In this document: positions 33,211-42,835 of the stretch, piece by piece
Position numbering within the stretch: position 1 is the first letter of the stretch
How the letters are laid out: each line of letters opens with the position of its first letter
From: Candidatus Hydrothermarchaeales archaeon
GTDB lineage: Archaea; Hydrothermarchaeota; Hydrothermarchaeia; Hydrothermarchaeales; JAZGAD01
Direction: 5' to 3'
Length of the DNA: 64,000 nucleotides
Assembly (NCBI GenBank): GCA_036444275.1
Contig: JAZGAD010000015.1
Coordinates: 1 to 64,000, forward strand
The notes under the pieces: model-generated
Told to the model about the DNA's origin: nothing
The model's database searches: none
Seen by the model: only the letters and a program-made list of their open reading frames with translations
Translations under genes and position numbers: made by a program

Positions 33211-33597
33211 TCAGCCGTGCCATTCCTGGCTTATCTTCTGGCCCTGTATGTCCATCTCAACAAAGCCGTTCTTTCCAGATTCATCAAACCAGTAATCAAT
33301 TTTTATTTCTCCTTCAGAAGTTTTCGTTGTATAGATTACATGGCACAAGCCCGCGTATTTGCCGCTTTTTTCCAGCTTATCAATCTTCCACGTAGCGGTT
33401 ACCGCTCCCTCCACGCCAGTAGATTTCATCGTCCAATCTCCACCTTCAGAACACCAATCGGACGTTTCCCCAGCAGTCCCCGTTATCTCTATAGTACCTT
33501 CGTCTGTTTTGACTTTCGTTTCGGTCTTCCCACCTATACAGCCACTTAGAGCAACGACAGCCATAGAAATGAACACAAACAAAACTATTTTATTCAT
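33211..33597 (-). CDS. Lipoprotein
   Basis: Lipobox ALSGC after hydrophobic leader. Confidence 0.8.
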   Translation of the reverse strand: MNKIVLFVFISMAVVALSGCIGGKTETKVKTDEGTIEITGTAGETSDWCSEGGDWTMKSTGVEGAVTATWKIDKLEKSGKYAGLCHVIYTTKTSEGEIKIDYWFDESGKNGFVEMDIQGQKISQEWHG

Positions 33598-33631
33598 TTT
33601 CGTATCCTTAACTACCTCTCCATTTCTTTAA

Positions 33632-33719
33632 TTATACAAAGACTAAACCCCTAAAAAAGTCTAGCCAATGCATACCAACACTATATTCGCGTGCCGCATA
33701 TTTAAGTCTATACTACTAA
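33632..33719 (-). repeat. Promoter + 5'UTR hairpin, copy B
   Basis: Diverged copy of 33109-33201. Confidence 0.7.
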
Positions 33720-33742
33720 CGTTCTGTAGACACTGCCGGCGC

Positions 33743-34438
33743 TCACGAGCTGATTATCCTCTCAGGGTGAGTGTAGACATTCATCCGCCTGCCACGTGCG
33801 AAGCATACAAGGGTTATTCCCTCTTTTTCAGCGACCTCAATGCTTGAATACATAGGGGCACTCTTTGAAACAACGATAGGTATCCCAGCTCTCACCGTCT
33901 TTGCAACTATGCCGCCGACTATCCTGCCTGTACTCACCAATATAGACTCTGACAAATCGGTACCATCGAGTGCAGCTTTTCCAATAAGCTTGTCCACCGC
34001 AGTGACCTTGCCGATGTCCTCAACGAAGTACAGCATCTCACCCTGCAGATTAAAGAGGCCGGCGGCATGCATCCCACCTGTAAGCCTCCAGATCTTGCTC
34101 TCTTTGACCATGCGCTTCACGCAGTCGAAGATGAGCGTCTTTTCAACTGTGAGGTCCTTGAGAGTTTTTTTCCGGGATTTAGATTTTCCCTTGATCTTGA
34201 ATTCCAATGTAGAGCCCTTCAGCGTATGTCCATCCAGCTCTTCGATTGAGTTAATGATTCCTTCACCAAGAAGGCGCCCTATGCCTGCGGCAAGCACGTC
34301 CTGCGATATCGTGACAAGCCTAAATTTGGTTTCACCGTCAACTTTGACCCAATATATCTTATCCTCTATTACGTGTTCCTCCCGCTCCTCGCTGTCTTTG
34401 TCAAGGAAAATTCTTTTTAGGTCGACCTTCTTTAGCAT
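33743..34438 (-). CDS. fdhD: FdhD-family protein
   Basis: TGGMHAA, EDIG..DK, TGR, SAP, NVYTHPER. Confidence 0.85.
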   Translation of the reverse strand: MLKKVDLKRIFLDKDSEEREEHVIEDKIYWVKVDGETKFRLVTISQDVLAAGIGRLLGEGIINSIEELDGHTLKGSTLEFKIKGKSKSRKKTLKDLTVEKTLIFDCVKRMVKESKIWRLTGGMHAAGLFNLQGEMLYFVEDIGKVTAVDKLIGKAALDGTDLSESILVSTGRIVGGIVAKTVRAGIPIVVSKSAPMYSSIEVAEKEGITLVCFARGRRMNVYTHPERIISS

Positions 34439-34525
34439 GTTGCGTATAGAACTCCAGCGATATATAAAAAATATATTGGGTAATCGGGATAATCCTTACG
34501 GAAGTTAAAGGAGAGGCGAAAATAC

Positions 34526-34924
34526 ATGCTTAAGGTAACCCTTACGACCGGGCGAAGCATTTCCCAAGGGCAAGCCAAAGAGGGGGAAAAGGCTTTGGAC
34601 AGCTACACCAATTCCGCCGCTATATGCGAGTTCGACCCGACGGATATGAAAAAGCTCGGCGCAAAGGAAGGCGACACTATTAGAGTACGCACCTCCACCG
34701 GCGAGGTAGCTCTTAAGGCAGTGCTGTCTAAACAGGCGCCTCACAAGGGATTAATATTCGTACCTATTGGTCCATGGGCCAATGCAGTCACAGACTATGA
34801 TACCTCCTCAACGGGTATGCCCTCCCTAAAGGGTATAGAAGCTGAGGTAGAGCTGGCAAAAGACCTGAAGGTGCTGGGTGCTGTTGAATTCGTGAGGGAG
34901 CGCTATCTAAAATACAAGAAGTGA
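34526..34924 (+). CDS. fwdD: Formylmethanofuran dehydrogenase subunit D
   Basis: TGRSISQG, FVPIGPWAN, GMPSLKG. Confidence 0.92.
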   Translation: MLKVTLTTGRSISQGQAKEGEKALDSYTNSAAICEFDPTDMKKLGAKEGDTIRVRTSTGEVALKAVLSKQAPHKGLIFVPIGPWANAVTDYDTSSTGMPSLKGIEAEVELAKDLKVLGAVEFVRERYLKYKK

Positions 34925-36636
34925 TGCAAATGAAACTCGCCCTAAAGAACGGCATAGTCTACGACCCACTCAACAACATACGGGGGGAGAAGAAAGACAT
35001 CCTGATAAAAGACGGTAAAGTAGTAGAGAAGCTCTGGGGCAGACGCAAGACAATCGACGTATCCAACAAGGTTGTGATGCCCGGCGGTATAGATATTCAC
35101 TCCCACATAGCAGGCGGCAAAGTCAATGTGGGGCGCTCCTTTAGGCCAGAAGATCACGAGAAGTTCGTGGTTGCGAAGAACGGCATAACGAGATCAGGCT
35201 CGGGATTCTCCACTCCATCCACCTTTATAACAGGATACTTATACTCCAAGATGGGCTACACGACAGTCTTCACTCCGGCTATGCCTCCTTTGATGGCGCG
35301 CCATACCCATGAAGAGCTCCACGACTTACCAATGATAGACAAGGCAAGCTATGCACTCTGCGACGGTAACTGGTTCATTATGCGTTACTTGAAGAACGGC
35401 GAGATAGAGAAATGCGCTGCCTACGTCGCATGGCTTCTCAGAGCTACGAAGGGACTGGTAATTAAGCTCACTAACCCAGGCGGCACCGAGGCATGGGGCT
35501 GGGGTAAAGATTGCAGATCCCTGAACGAACCTGTTCCCCACTTTGGAATAACCCCTGCCGAGATCATCGAGGGCCTGATAAAGGTTAACGAGCTCCTGGG
35601 CTTGCCTCACTCCGTACATCTACACACTAATAATCTAGGGAGACTGGGCAACTGGTCTACTACGGTAGAAACCTTCAAGATCGCGAACGGCTTGAAATCC
35701 AACAACGGCAGGCAGAGTCTACATGTAGCACATGCCCAGTTCCACGCATACGGCGGTAGCACTTGGAAAGACTTCGAGTCCAAAGCCGATGAAGTAGTTA
35801 AGGGACTGATGAGCAACGACAGCGTAACCATCGATACAGGGAATGTCACCTTGGACGAGACTACAACGATGACTGCCGACGGCCCAATGGAATACTATTT
35901 GCAATCCCTGACGCACCTGAAGTGGGCGAACCGCGGGGTAGAGATGGAGACCTCCCCAGGGGTTACGCCTTTCGTATACTCTAAGAAGAAGGCCACGTCA
36001 TCTATTCAGTGGGGTATTGGCTTGGAACTCGCACTGCTTTTGAAGGACCCATGGAAGGTACTCCTGAGCACTGACCACCCGAACGGTGGTCCTTTCATTA
36101 GGTATCCCCGGATTAAAGCATGGCTCATGAGCAGCAAATATAGGGAGAAGAGTATAAAGGAGGTGCATAAGGCGATAGGCAAGAGGGGTATAATTCCCAC
36201 GATTGACAGAGAATATGATCTCTACGAGATTGCCGTGATAACCAGCGCTGCTGCTGCTAAGGCATTCGGCTTTGAAAAGGATAAGGGACATCTTGGGCCA
36301 GGGGCTATTGCAGACGTAGCAGTATACGACATAGATGCCGAAAAGATAAACGGCAATGACTACGAAGAATTGGAGAAGAAGTTTGCAAATACCGCCTACA
36401 CCTTGAAGGACGGCGAGGTAGTAGTGAAGGACGGCGAAATAGTTAAGGTGGTGAACGGCAGAACGTACTGGGCCAACGCCAAGGTTGGCGAGAGCCTAGA
36501 GAAAGAAGTAATGAAGGATATAGACTACAATTTCAAGAGGTATTACTCTGTCAACCTGGCCAACTACCCTGTTCATGAATTATACCTCACTAGGCCCACT
36601 GAGATCAAGATAGATGCTTCGTCGAGGGTGACATAG
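34921..36636 (+). CDS. fwdA: Formylmethanofuran dehydrogenase subunit A
   Basis: DIHSHIAG, NPGG, HLHTNNLG, TDHPNGGPF. Confidence 0.95.
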   Translation: MMQMKLALKNGIVYDPLNNIRGEKKDILIKDGKVVEKLWGRRKTIDVSNKVVMPGGIDIHSHIAGGKVNVGRSFRPEDHEKFVVAKNGITRSGSGFSTPSTFITGYLYSKMGYTTVFTPAMPPLMARHTHEELHDLPMIDKASYALCDGNWFIMRYLKNGEIEKCAAYVAWLLRATKGLVIKLTNPGGTEAWGWGKDCRSLNEPVPHFGITPAEIIEGLIKVNELLGLPHSVHLHTNNLGRLGNWSTTVETFKIANGLKSNNGRQSLHVAHAQFHAYGGSTWKDFESKADEVVKGLMSNDSVTIDTGNVTLDETTTMTADGPMEYYLQSLTHLKWANRGVEMETSPGVTPFVYSKKKATSSIQWGIGLELALLLKDPWKVLLSTDHPNGGPFIRYPRIKAWLMSSKYREKSIKEVHKAIGKRGIIPTIDREYDLYEIAVITSAAAAKAFGFEKDKGHLGPGAIADVAVYDIDAEKINGNDYEELEKKFANTAYTLKDGEVVVKDGEIVKVVNGRTYWANAKVGESLEKEVMKDIDYNFKRYYSVNLANYPVHELYLTRPTEIKIDASSRVT

Positions 36637-37421
36637 TGAAAGAGATAGTCCTAGTTCCGAAGGAGCAGCCTGCAACATCACTCGAGGCAGAAGTTATTTC
36701 GCCAGACATCTTCGCTGGTAAGAGCGTTAGAGAGATAGAAACGTTAGAAGTGTTCTATGGCAATGTAAAAGGCAAGCTTGGTGATTTCTTTGATGTCACA
36801 GGCACAAAAGTTGAGGATGCTGAGCAGATTAGAATCGTAGTAGACGGCGACGTCTATCGAACCAAACGCATAGGCCAGGAGATGAAGAGTGGGGAGATCC
36901 TTGTTAAAGGCAACGCCGACATGTACATCGGAGCAAGGATGAAGGGCGGAAGGATAGTTGTGGAGGGAGACGTCGACTCTTTCGCAGCTCTACAGATGGC
37001 TGGGGGCGAGCTTGTAATCAAGGGCAATGCCGGGAACTACCTGGGTTCATCTTATCGCGGGGACTGGCGTGGCATGAAAGGCGGCTCGATCGTGGTAGAG
37101 GGCAATATCGGAAGTGAAAGCGGAGAATTCATGATTGGGGGAAAGATGCATATCAAGGGCAACCCCGGAGCTTTCCTGGGCTTACACATGTCCAAGGGCT
37201 TAATAGTCATAGACGGCAAGGCAGAAAGCAGGCTTGGCGCGCAGATGATAGGCGGCAATATCGTTGCAGCGAAAGTTGGAGTGCTACTACCGGGCTTCAA
37301 ATTCGTGGAAAATGTGAAAGACGTGGAGATAGACGGGGAAGTTTTCAAAGGAAAATACGCGAAATATTCCGGGGACCACGCAGAATACAGGGCTAAAGGC
37401 AATTTATATGTGAAGCAATGA
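36636..37421 (+). CDS. fwdC: Formylmethanofuran dehydrogenase subunit C
   Basis: GXGXG beta-helix repeats, YRGDWRGM. Confidence 0.95.
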   Translation: MKEIVLVPKEQPATSLEAEVISPDIFAGKSVREIETLEVFYGNVKGKLGDFFDVTGTKVEDAEQIRIVVDGDVYRTKRIGQEMKSGEILVKGNADMYIGARMKGGRIVVEGDVDSFAALQMAGGELVIKGNAGNYLGSSYRGDWRGMKGGSIVVEGNIGSESGEFMIGGKMHIKGNPGAFLGLHMSKGLIVIDGKAESRLGAQMIGGNIVAAKVGVLLPGFKFVENVKDVEIDGEVFKGKYAKYSGDHAEYRAKGNLYVKQ

Positions 37422-38029
37422 TCTCCTGCATTGTCTTAGCCGGTGGGAAGAGTGAAAGAATGGGGAGGGACAAGCGGCTTATCAAAGTCAAAGGAAAATA
37501 CCTCTTGGAACGCGTTCTCGAAGCTGCGGGACAATTCTCAGACGATGTGATCCTCTCCTTATGCTCTAAAGAGCAGCTGCCTGCGGATATCACTATCACT
37601 GCACCTAAGATTGCCTTAGACGAGCTTCCCCTTAAGAGCCCCCTCGTAGGCATACTTTCTGGGCTGAGGCTCTGCTCTAATGAATATGCAGCCGTCGTGC
37701 CCTGTGACTCTCCTTTTTTAAAGCCAGGAGTATTCCAACTCATGGCCGAAGAAGCTAGGGGACACGATGCGGTAGTGCCTAAGCGTGGCGATCTACTGGA
37801 GCCGCTGCATGCCGTTTATAACGTGCAGGCTATGATTGCGGCTTGCGAAGCAGGCGTAAAAGCAGATTCTCTTGGAGTCAGTGCAGCAATAGCAAGGCTT
37901 GAAAAGGTGAAGTATATACCTATAGAGGCATTTAAAGGGATAGACGAGAAGCTGCTGACCTTCTATAATGTGAACTATCCCGAGGATCTAAACGCATTGG
38001 AAGATGGCTTGATTGACGATGACAGTTAG
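37418..38029 (+). CDS. mobA: Molybdenum cofactor guanylyltransferase
   Basis: LAGGKSERMGRDK, PCDSP, EPLHA, NVNYPED. Confidence 0.92.
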   Translation: MISCIVLAGGKSERMGRDKRLIKVKGKYLLERVLEAAGQFSDDVILSLCSKEQLPADITITAPKIALDELPLKSPLVGILSGLRLCSNEYAAVVPCDSPFLKPGVFQLMAEEARGHDAVVPKRGDLLEPLHAVYNVQAMIAACEAGVKADSLGVSAAIARLEKVKYIPIEAFKGIDEKLLTFYNVNYPEDLNALEDGLIDDDS

Positions 38030-39248
38030 AATGAAGGGTTTTCACTCCCTCACCCCGGTTGAAGAAGCTGTTGAGCTACTACTATCCAAGGTTAAGCCAC
38101 TTGGAACAGAAACAGTAGCGATAGAGAAGGCATTGGGTAGAGTTCTCGCCCAAGACGTATCGCCAGAGGATGACATACCTCCTTTTAACAGAGCTGCTAT
38201 GGACGGCTACGCAGTACACGGAGAGGATACCTTCAAGGCTTCAGAAACAACACCAGTGACTCTTAAGTTGATAGGCGAGGTCACGGCCGGTGCCTCGACT
38301 GAGTTAGTGGTTGGTGAGCGTGAAGCTGTGCGGATCTCGACAGGTGCAACTGTACCAAGTGGAGCGAATGCAGTGGTTATGCTGGAGTATACACAGGAAA
38401 AAGGAGAAGAGGTAGAGGTATTAAGGGCATTGCCGCCTGGAAAGAATGTCTCTTCCAGAGGGGAGGACGCAAAAAAAGGAGAGCGACTTCTCGAACAGGG
38501 GGCAGTATTGAGGCCCCAGGATATAGCTATCCTAGCTGCTATGGGAAAATGCCAAGTCGAAGTGTATAAGCGGCCTTCTTTAGCTGTACTCTCTAGCGGA
38601 GATGAACTAGTTGAACCTGGAATGAAGCTCGCCAAGGGAGAGATCTATGATTCCAATAGCTACTCACTATCTGCCTTAGTAGAGATGAATGGAGGCATAG
38701 GCGAGAAGCTTGGGATAGTGCGGGATACCCCAGAGGATTTGAAGGATTCCTTGAAAAAAATTTCGAGCTATGATGCTCTCCTCGTAAGCGGCGCCACCTC
38801 AGTTGGTGGAAAGGACCTGATACCTGCAATTGTGGAAGAGCTTGGCGAAATCCTGGTTCACGGCGTCTCTATGCGCCCTGGGAAGCCGGCTGGCTTCGGT
38901 TTGATAGGAGGTAAGCTGGTGTTCATGCTTCCTGGCTCTCCTGTAGCAGCGATGTTCGCTTTCGATGCCTTTGTTAGGCCTGCTATGCAGAAGATGCAGG
39001 GGTGCGAGATCAGAAGCCCCTATCCAAAAGTTAAGGGTACATTGAAGAGGAAGATAGCTTCTCACTTAGGAAGGCGGGACTTCGTCAGAGTGAGAATAGA
39101 TAAAGGTGGATTCATTGAGCCTGTATCCACTGCCGGTGCTGGTGTGATCTCCACCATGGTAAAGGCAGAGGGATTCATTGTTGTTCCAGAGAATTTGGAG
39201 GGAATGAAGGAGGGAGATGAAGTAGAAGTGCACTTGTTTAGAATATGA
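38019..39248 (+). CDS. moeA: Molybdopterin molybdotransferase
   Basis: AMDGYAV, SSGDEL, DSNS, RPGKP, LPGSP. Confidence 0.95.
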   Translation: MTVRMKGFHSLTPVEEAVELLLSKVKPLGTETVAIEKALGRVLAQDVSPEDDIPPFNRAAMDGYAVHGEDTFKASETTPVTLKLIGEVTAGASTELVVGEREAVRISTGATVPSGANAVVMLEYTQEKGEEVEVLRALPPGKNVSSRGEDAKKGERLLEQGAVLRPQDIAILAAMGKCQVEVYKRPSLAVLSSGDELVEPGMKLAKGEIYDSNSYSLSALVEMNGGIGEKLGIVRDTPEDLKDSLKKISSYDALLVSGATSVGGKDLIPAIVEELGEILVHGVSMRPGKPAGFGLIGGKLVFMLPGSPVAAMFAFDAFVRPAMQKMQGCEIRSPYPKVKGTLKRKIASHLGRRDFVRVRIDKGGFIEPVSTAGAGVISTMVKAEGFIVVPENLEGMKEGDEVEVHLFRI

Positions 39249-39326
39249 TTTTACTAAGCTGTTACTTACGAAGATGCATACCGGGCCTGAAAGGTTTATA
39301 TTGCGGCCTTTTTTCAGTGTAAGTAA

Positions 39327-39578
39327 ATGGCAATAAAATTTAACAAAAAACTGGTCCAGCCGGATGGAGTGGGAGCATATAAACTTAGAATCTGGCACGG
39401 AGGAGGGAATAAGAGGATATCTCCGAGGTATCTCGTAAAATGCGGGGATTGTGACAACAGCATTGAAATCTACTATGGTGATGGGTTTCTGGAGATAGGC
39501 GGAGTACATGCGAGCTTGGAGGAATGGCGCAAGATACTGTTGCCCCTCCTCGAAAAACATAACTCAAGAAGAGCTTGA
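39327..39578 (+). CDS. Small Zn-ribbon-like hypothetical protein
   Basis: KCGDCD; preceded by GAAAGGTTTATA BRE/TATA. Confidence 0.6.
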   Translation: MAIKFNKKLVQPDGVGAYKLRIWHGGGNKRISPRYLVKCGDCDNSIEIYYGDGFLEIGGVHASLEEWRKILLPLLEKHNSRRA

Positions 39579-39602
39579 GTATTTTCTAGGGGATAGTATC
39601 CG

Positions 39603-39839
39603 ATGAAGAGGAATTGTTCTGTTTGCGGAACGGAGCTCGATATTAGAGTTGCCAAGGACAGAAGCTATAGCGGGGGTCATTATTTTGGGGAAGTGAAGGT
39701 TCCAGTTGAAGGCGCAAAAGAGATCGAACTTTACGAGACAGAAATCGAGGGGTTAGGGAAAGTAACGGTTGTTGAACACGACAAATACGATAAGTTCGAG
39801 TATTGGGAGTGCGACAGGTGCTTCCACGGAGAAGGATAG
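39603..39839 (+). CDS. Small zinc-finger hypothetical protein
   Basis: CSVC...WECDRC. Confidence 0.6.
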   Translation: MKRNCSVCGTELDIRVAKDRSYSGGHYFGEVKVPVEGAKEIELYETEIEGLGKVTVVEHDKYDKFEYWECDRCFHGEG

Positions 39840-39846
39840 AACTCTT

Positions 39847-40056
39847 TTATGTGGGATGCCCCACCCCCCATATCCCAAGCTCTTTTGCTTTGTATTCGAT
39901 TTTTTCCATCGCTTCTTCGTCTAGAAAAGATTCACCGCATTTATCGCAGATTTCTGCTGGAAATTTTCCTAAAGCTACTCCGAACATCTCCTCTCCTACT
40001 TCTCCATTCCTTAGGTTGCCTTTTTCACAGATCGGACATTTCATTTCTATCGCCAT
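39847..40056 (-). CDS. YgiT/MqsA-type zinc finger (probably truncated antitoxin)
   Basis: MKCPIC..ICDKCGESF..IEYKAKELGIWG. Confidence 0.7.
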   Translation of the reverse strand: MAIEMKCPICEKGNLRNGEVGEEMFGVALGKFPAEICDKCGESFLDEEAMEKIEYKAKELGIWGVGHPT

Positions 40057-40140
40057 CTTGATTTTACGGTAATGATATATACCTTCTTTCCGGGTTTCGC
40101 ACGAAGTGGAAAAGGCCAAGAGGCGAGCGATGGAAAGTGA

Positions 40141-40461
40141 TTAACTTTTCTCCACAACTAGCTTTTTACCATCGGTCGTGAATACCAGCTTGTCTCCTTT
40201 TCCTATTTTTAGAAACTCTCTTACATCTACAGGTATTCTCACAACAAGGGATTTCCCTAATGCTCCTACTTTTGCCTCGATTCCTGTATAGAGCTTATTT
40301 AGAAGTAGGAGTTTTTGCGATTGCTCTGGATCAAGTAAAACTTCCCCACATTTACTGCATCTGACTCCCTCTACCTCTATACTCTGATCTCTAAACTTCA
40401 CTTTCACTTTCTCTTTTTTCATTTTTGAACCGCATACACTGCATTTATCCATTTTTATCAC
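40141..40461 (-). CDS. YgiT zinc finger + AbrB antitoxin
   Basis: CSVC..CSKCGE; GKSLVVRIP..LKIGKGD. Confidence 0.85.
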   Translation of the reverse strand: MIKMDKCSVCGSKMKKEKVKVKFRDQSIEVEGVRCSKCGEVLLDPEQSQKLLLLNKLYTGIEAKVGALGKSLVVRIPVDVREFLKIGKGDKLVFTTDGKKLVVEKS

Positions 40462-40728
40462 CTATATCTTTCCTACGTGTATTATTTTCCAAGCAGGGTC
40501 ACCAAGATAAGTCGACTTGACGACTACCGCCTTGTATCTCTTGCCCTTCTTTCGAAGGCATTTTTCAATTGTGCCTTTTGCACGCTTGCTCCTCTCACAA
40601 TTTGAGCCTCTTTCAAGGATTTCCAAAACGTCGTATAGGTCAAATTTCAGGTCGATCAATTCATAGTATGCTGCTTGAGTAAGTACTAGTTGAATGCCCT
40701 GCCATCGAACTATCACTAATATCTCCAT
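40462..40728 (-). CDS. DUF4258-like (RelE/BrnT-fold) putative toxin
   Basis: VLEILERG..EKC..KAVVV..WKIIHVG; upstream of Zn-AbrB gene. Confidence 0.65.
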   Translation of the reverse strand: MEILVIVRWQGIQLVLTQAAYYELIDLKFDLYDVLEILERGSNCERSKRAKGTIEKCLRKKGKRYKAVVVKSTYLGDPAWKIIHVGKI

Positions 40729-40729
40729 A

Positions 40730-40747
40730 GATATCATTGATGATATC
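40730..40747. promoter_or_regulatory. Palindromic TA operator
   Basis: GATATCA-TTGA-TGATATC beside a TATA-like box. Confidence 0.5.
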
Positions 40748-40801
40748 ATATAAAAGGATTACTGTTATTAAGCCAAAAACCATTAAACTGAGCAAATTTA
40801 A

Positions 40802-41002
40802 ATGGTATATCTTATGAAGTGTCCAATATGTGAAAGAAGTATGGAAAGAAAGAAAGTTCCCTACTTAGTAGGGGGTGTAAAACTTGGCGCCTTTGAGGCT
40901 GACGTTTGCTCTGGTGGTGAAGTATTTTTTACAGAAAAGTCATCAGATGCCATAGACAGGAAAGCAAAAGAGAAGAGACGAGTTTTAAATCCTAAGTTCT
41001 GA
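40802..41002 (+). pseudogene. Truncated YgiT-type zinc finger antitoxin
   Basis: MKCPIC..DVCSGGEVFF; second CxxC broken. Confidence 0.55.
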
Positions 41003-41150
41003 GGCAAGGCCTTCAAAATCGAATACCTTGACGCCTTTCTTCTTACCTTCTTCTATCTGTCCCAGAAGGTCTTTGTCAGATAAGATTTCGATAGTTCTTT
41101 TCATGGACTCATACTCATCGGCAGAAATTGTAATCCATTCCGTTTGATGT
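40985..41150 (-). pseudogene. RelB/Phd-like antitoxin remnant
   Basis: ITISADEYESMKRTIEILSDKDLLGQIEEG..; no in-frame start found. Confidence 0.5.
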
Positions 41151-41230
41151 TTTCCACTGTGGACAACTAAATAATTAACTATTTAAAAGTTAGTGGGAGA
41201 ATAAAGGCATTGGGACAAAATTCCACGCGT

Positions 41231-41587
41231 CTACTCCCCCTTCCACCTGTAGACCTTGTGGCAGGCTTTCTTCGCTGCCCTGAACTCTTGCACCAGTCTC
41301 TGCGCATCAGGAAGGTTTCGAGACTCAACAGCCGTTTCAAATTCCTTGACCTTTTCCCTAAATTTCAACTGATCCTCAAACCATTCTTCGTCCTTTGAAT
41401 GATAGTCAAACATGACGCTGAGCTCTTTGAACCTTGCGACCTGCTTGCCGCTGGGCATCTCTCCTTCCTCAAGGCACAGCCGAATCCTCTTGAAAAGCGC
41501 CTTCATCTCCTGCTTTACCTCCGATAGCGGCATTTCAGAGGGTGCCAATTCCTTCCTATCCCTCCTCTTCTTTTCCTCGAATTTCAT
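41231..41587 (-). CDS. XXXCH-domain helical protein
   Basis: MKALFKRI..MP..F..; C-terminal KKACHKVY. Confidence 0.65.
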   Translation of the reverse strand: MKFEEKKRRDRKELAPSEMPLSEVKQEMKALFKRIRLCLEEGEMPSGKQVARFKELSVMFDYHSKDEEWFEDQLKFREKVKEFETAVESRNLPDAQRLVQEFRAAKKACHKVYRWKGE

Positions 41588-41626
41588 CGAAATAGCTATA
41601 AATTTGCCGGGCTTATATAATTCTTT

Positions 41627-42835
41627 GTGGAGACTAAAGAATTTAGAAATGTGATAAGCATCGAAGAGGCTGAGAAACGCCTCTACACCTATTTTAAGCC
41701 CTCGCCCAAGGTAGAAGAAGTTGCCCTAGAAGAAGCCTTGGGACGAATATTAGGGGAAGACGTAGTCGCATCCCTGGACGTGCCTCCTTTTGATAGAGCA
41801 TCTATGGACGGCTACGCAGTAATCGCTAGTGACACATTCTATGCATCCGAAGACAAGCCTGTGGAACTAGAGTTATCGGGAGTTATCCAAGCTGGAGAAT
41901 CCAAAGAGATCGTCATCAAAAAAGGAGAGTGCATCAGGATAGCTACGGGCGCTCCTATACCGCATGGCACAGACGCAGTTGTAATGGTAGAATACACTAA
42001 CAGCTCTGGAGATGGTGTGAAGGTTTATAGCCCGGTCTCACCAGGCGAGCACATAATGCGGGCCGGGGCAGATATAAAACAGGGTACAAAGGTTTTGGAA
42101 AAAGGGACCGTGCTCTCCCCTAGAGAAACAGGTGTATTGGCAGCCCTCGGCATTAATAATGTAAGGGTCTTTAAAAAACCTCGAGTAGGCATTATATCTA
42201 CCGGCAGTGAGCTCGTGGAGCCTGGGAAGCCTCTGCCTTCAGGTAAGATCTACGATGTGAACGCTAGGGCGATATCCGATGCAGTTAGAGTGAACGGCTG
42301 CATTGCAGAGTTCTTGGACATAGCTAGAGATGAAAAAACGCTCACACGAACAATAAAGGAATCCAACTACGACGTAATAATCACTACCGGGGGCACTTCA
42401 GTTGGAGCCGAAGACATAACCTATAAAGTGGTAGAGAAGCTGGGAAGACTCATTGCCCATGGACTCGCAGTGAAGCCTGGGAAGCCTACCATGTTAGGAA
42501 TCATCGACGGCAGGCCGCTCGTTGGTCTACCAGGCTATCCCACCTCTGCACTGATAATCTTCTCGATCTTGGTTGCGCCGATGCTCAGAAAGATGGCGGG
42601 TCTACCAAATAAGGAGCCTAAGAAAGCTAGTGCGAAACTGGCATCACGGGTCTACTCAGCCAAGGGGCGGTTTGAGTATCTCCCGGTGAAGCTCGATGGA
42701 GAAAAAGTACATCCCATCCTGAAGGGCTCTGGAGCTATCACGTCCCTCGCAGGAGCCCACGGCTATGTGGAGATCCCTAGGAACGTAGAGATTTTGGAGG
42801 AGGGGAGCAAAGTGGAGGTTATCCTCTTCACCTGA
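41627..42835 (+). CDS. moeA: Molybdopterin molybdotransferase, second paralog
   Basis: SMDGYAV, STGSEL, KPGKP, LPGYP. Confidence 0.95.
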   Translation: METKEFRNVISIEEAEKRLYTYFKPSPKVEEVALEEALGRILGEDVVASLDVPPFDRASMDGYAVIASDTFYASEDKPVELELSGVIQAGESKEIVIKKGECIRIATGAPIPHGTDAVVMVEYTNSSGDGVKVYSPVSPGEHIMRAGADIKQGTKVLEKGTVLSPRETGVLAALGINNVRVFKKPRVGIISTGSELVEPGKPLPSGKIYDVNARAISDAVRVNGCIAEFLDIARDEKTLTRTIKESNYDVIITTGGTSVGAEDITYKVVEKLGRLIAHGLAVKPGKPTMLGIIDGRPLVGLPGYPTSALIIFSILVAPMLRKMAGLPNKEPKKASAKLASRVYSAKGRFEYLPVKLDGEKVHPILKGSGAITSLAGAHGYVEIPRNVEILEEGSKVEVILFT

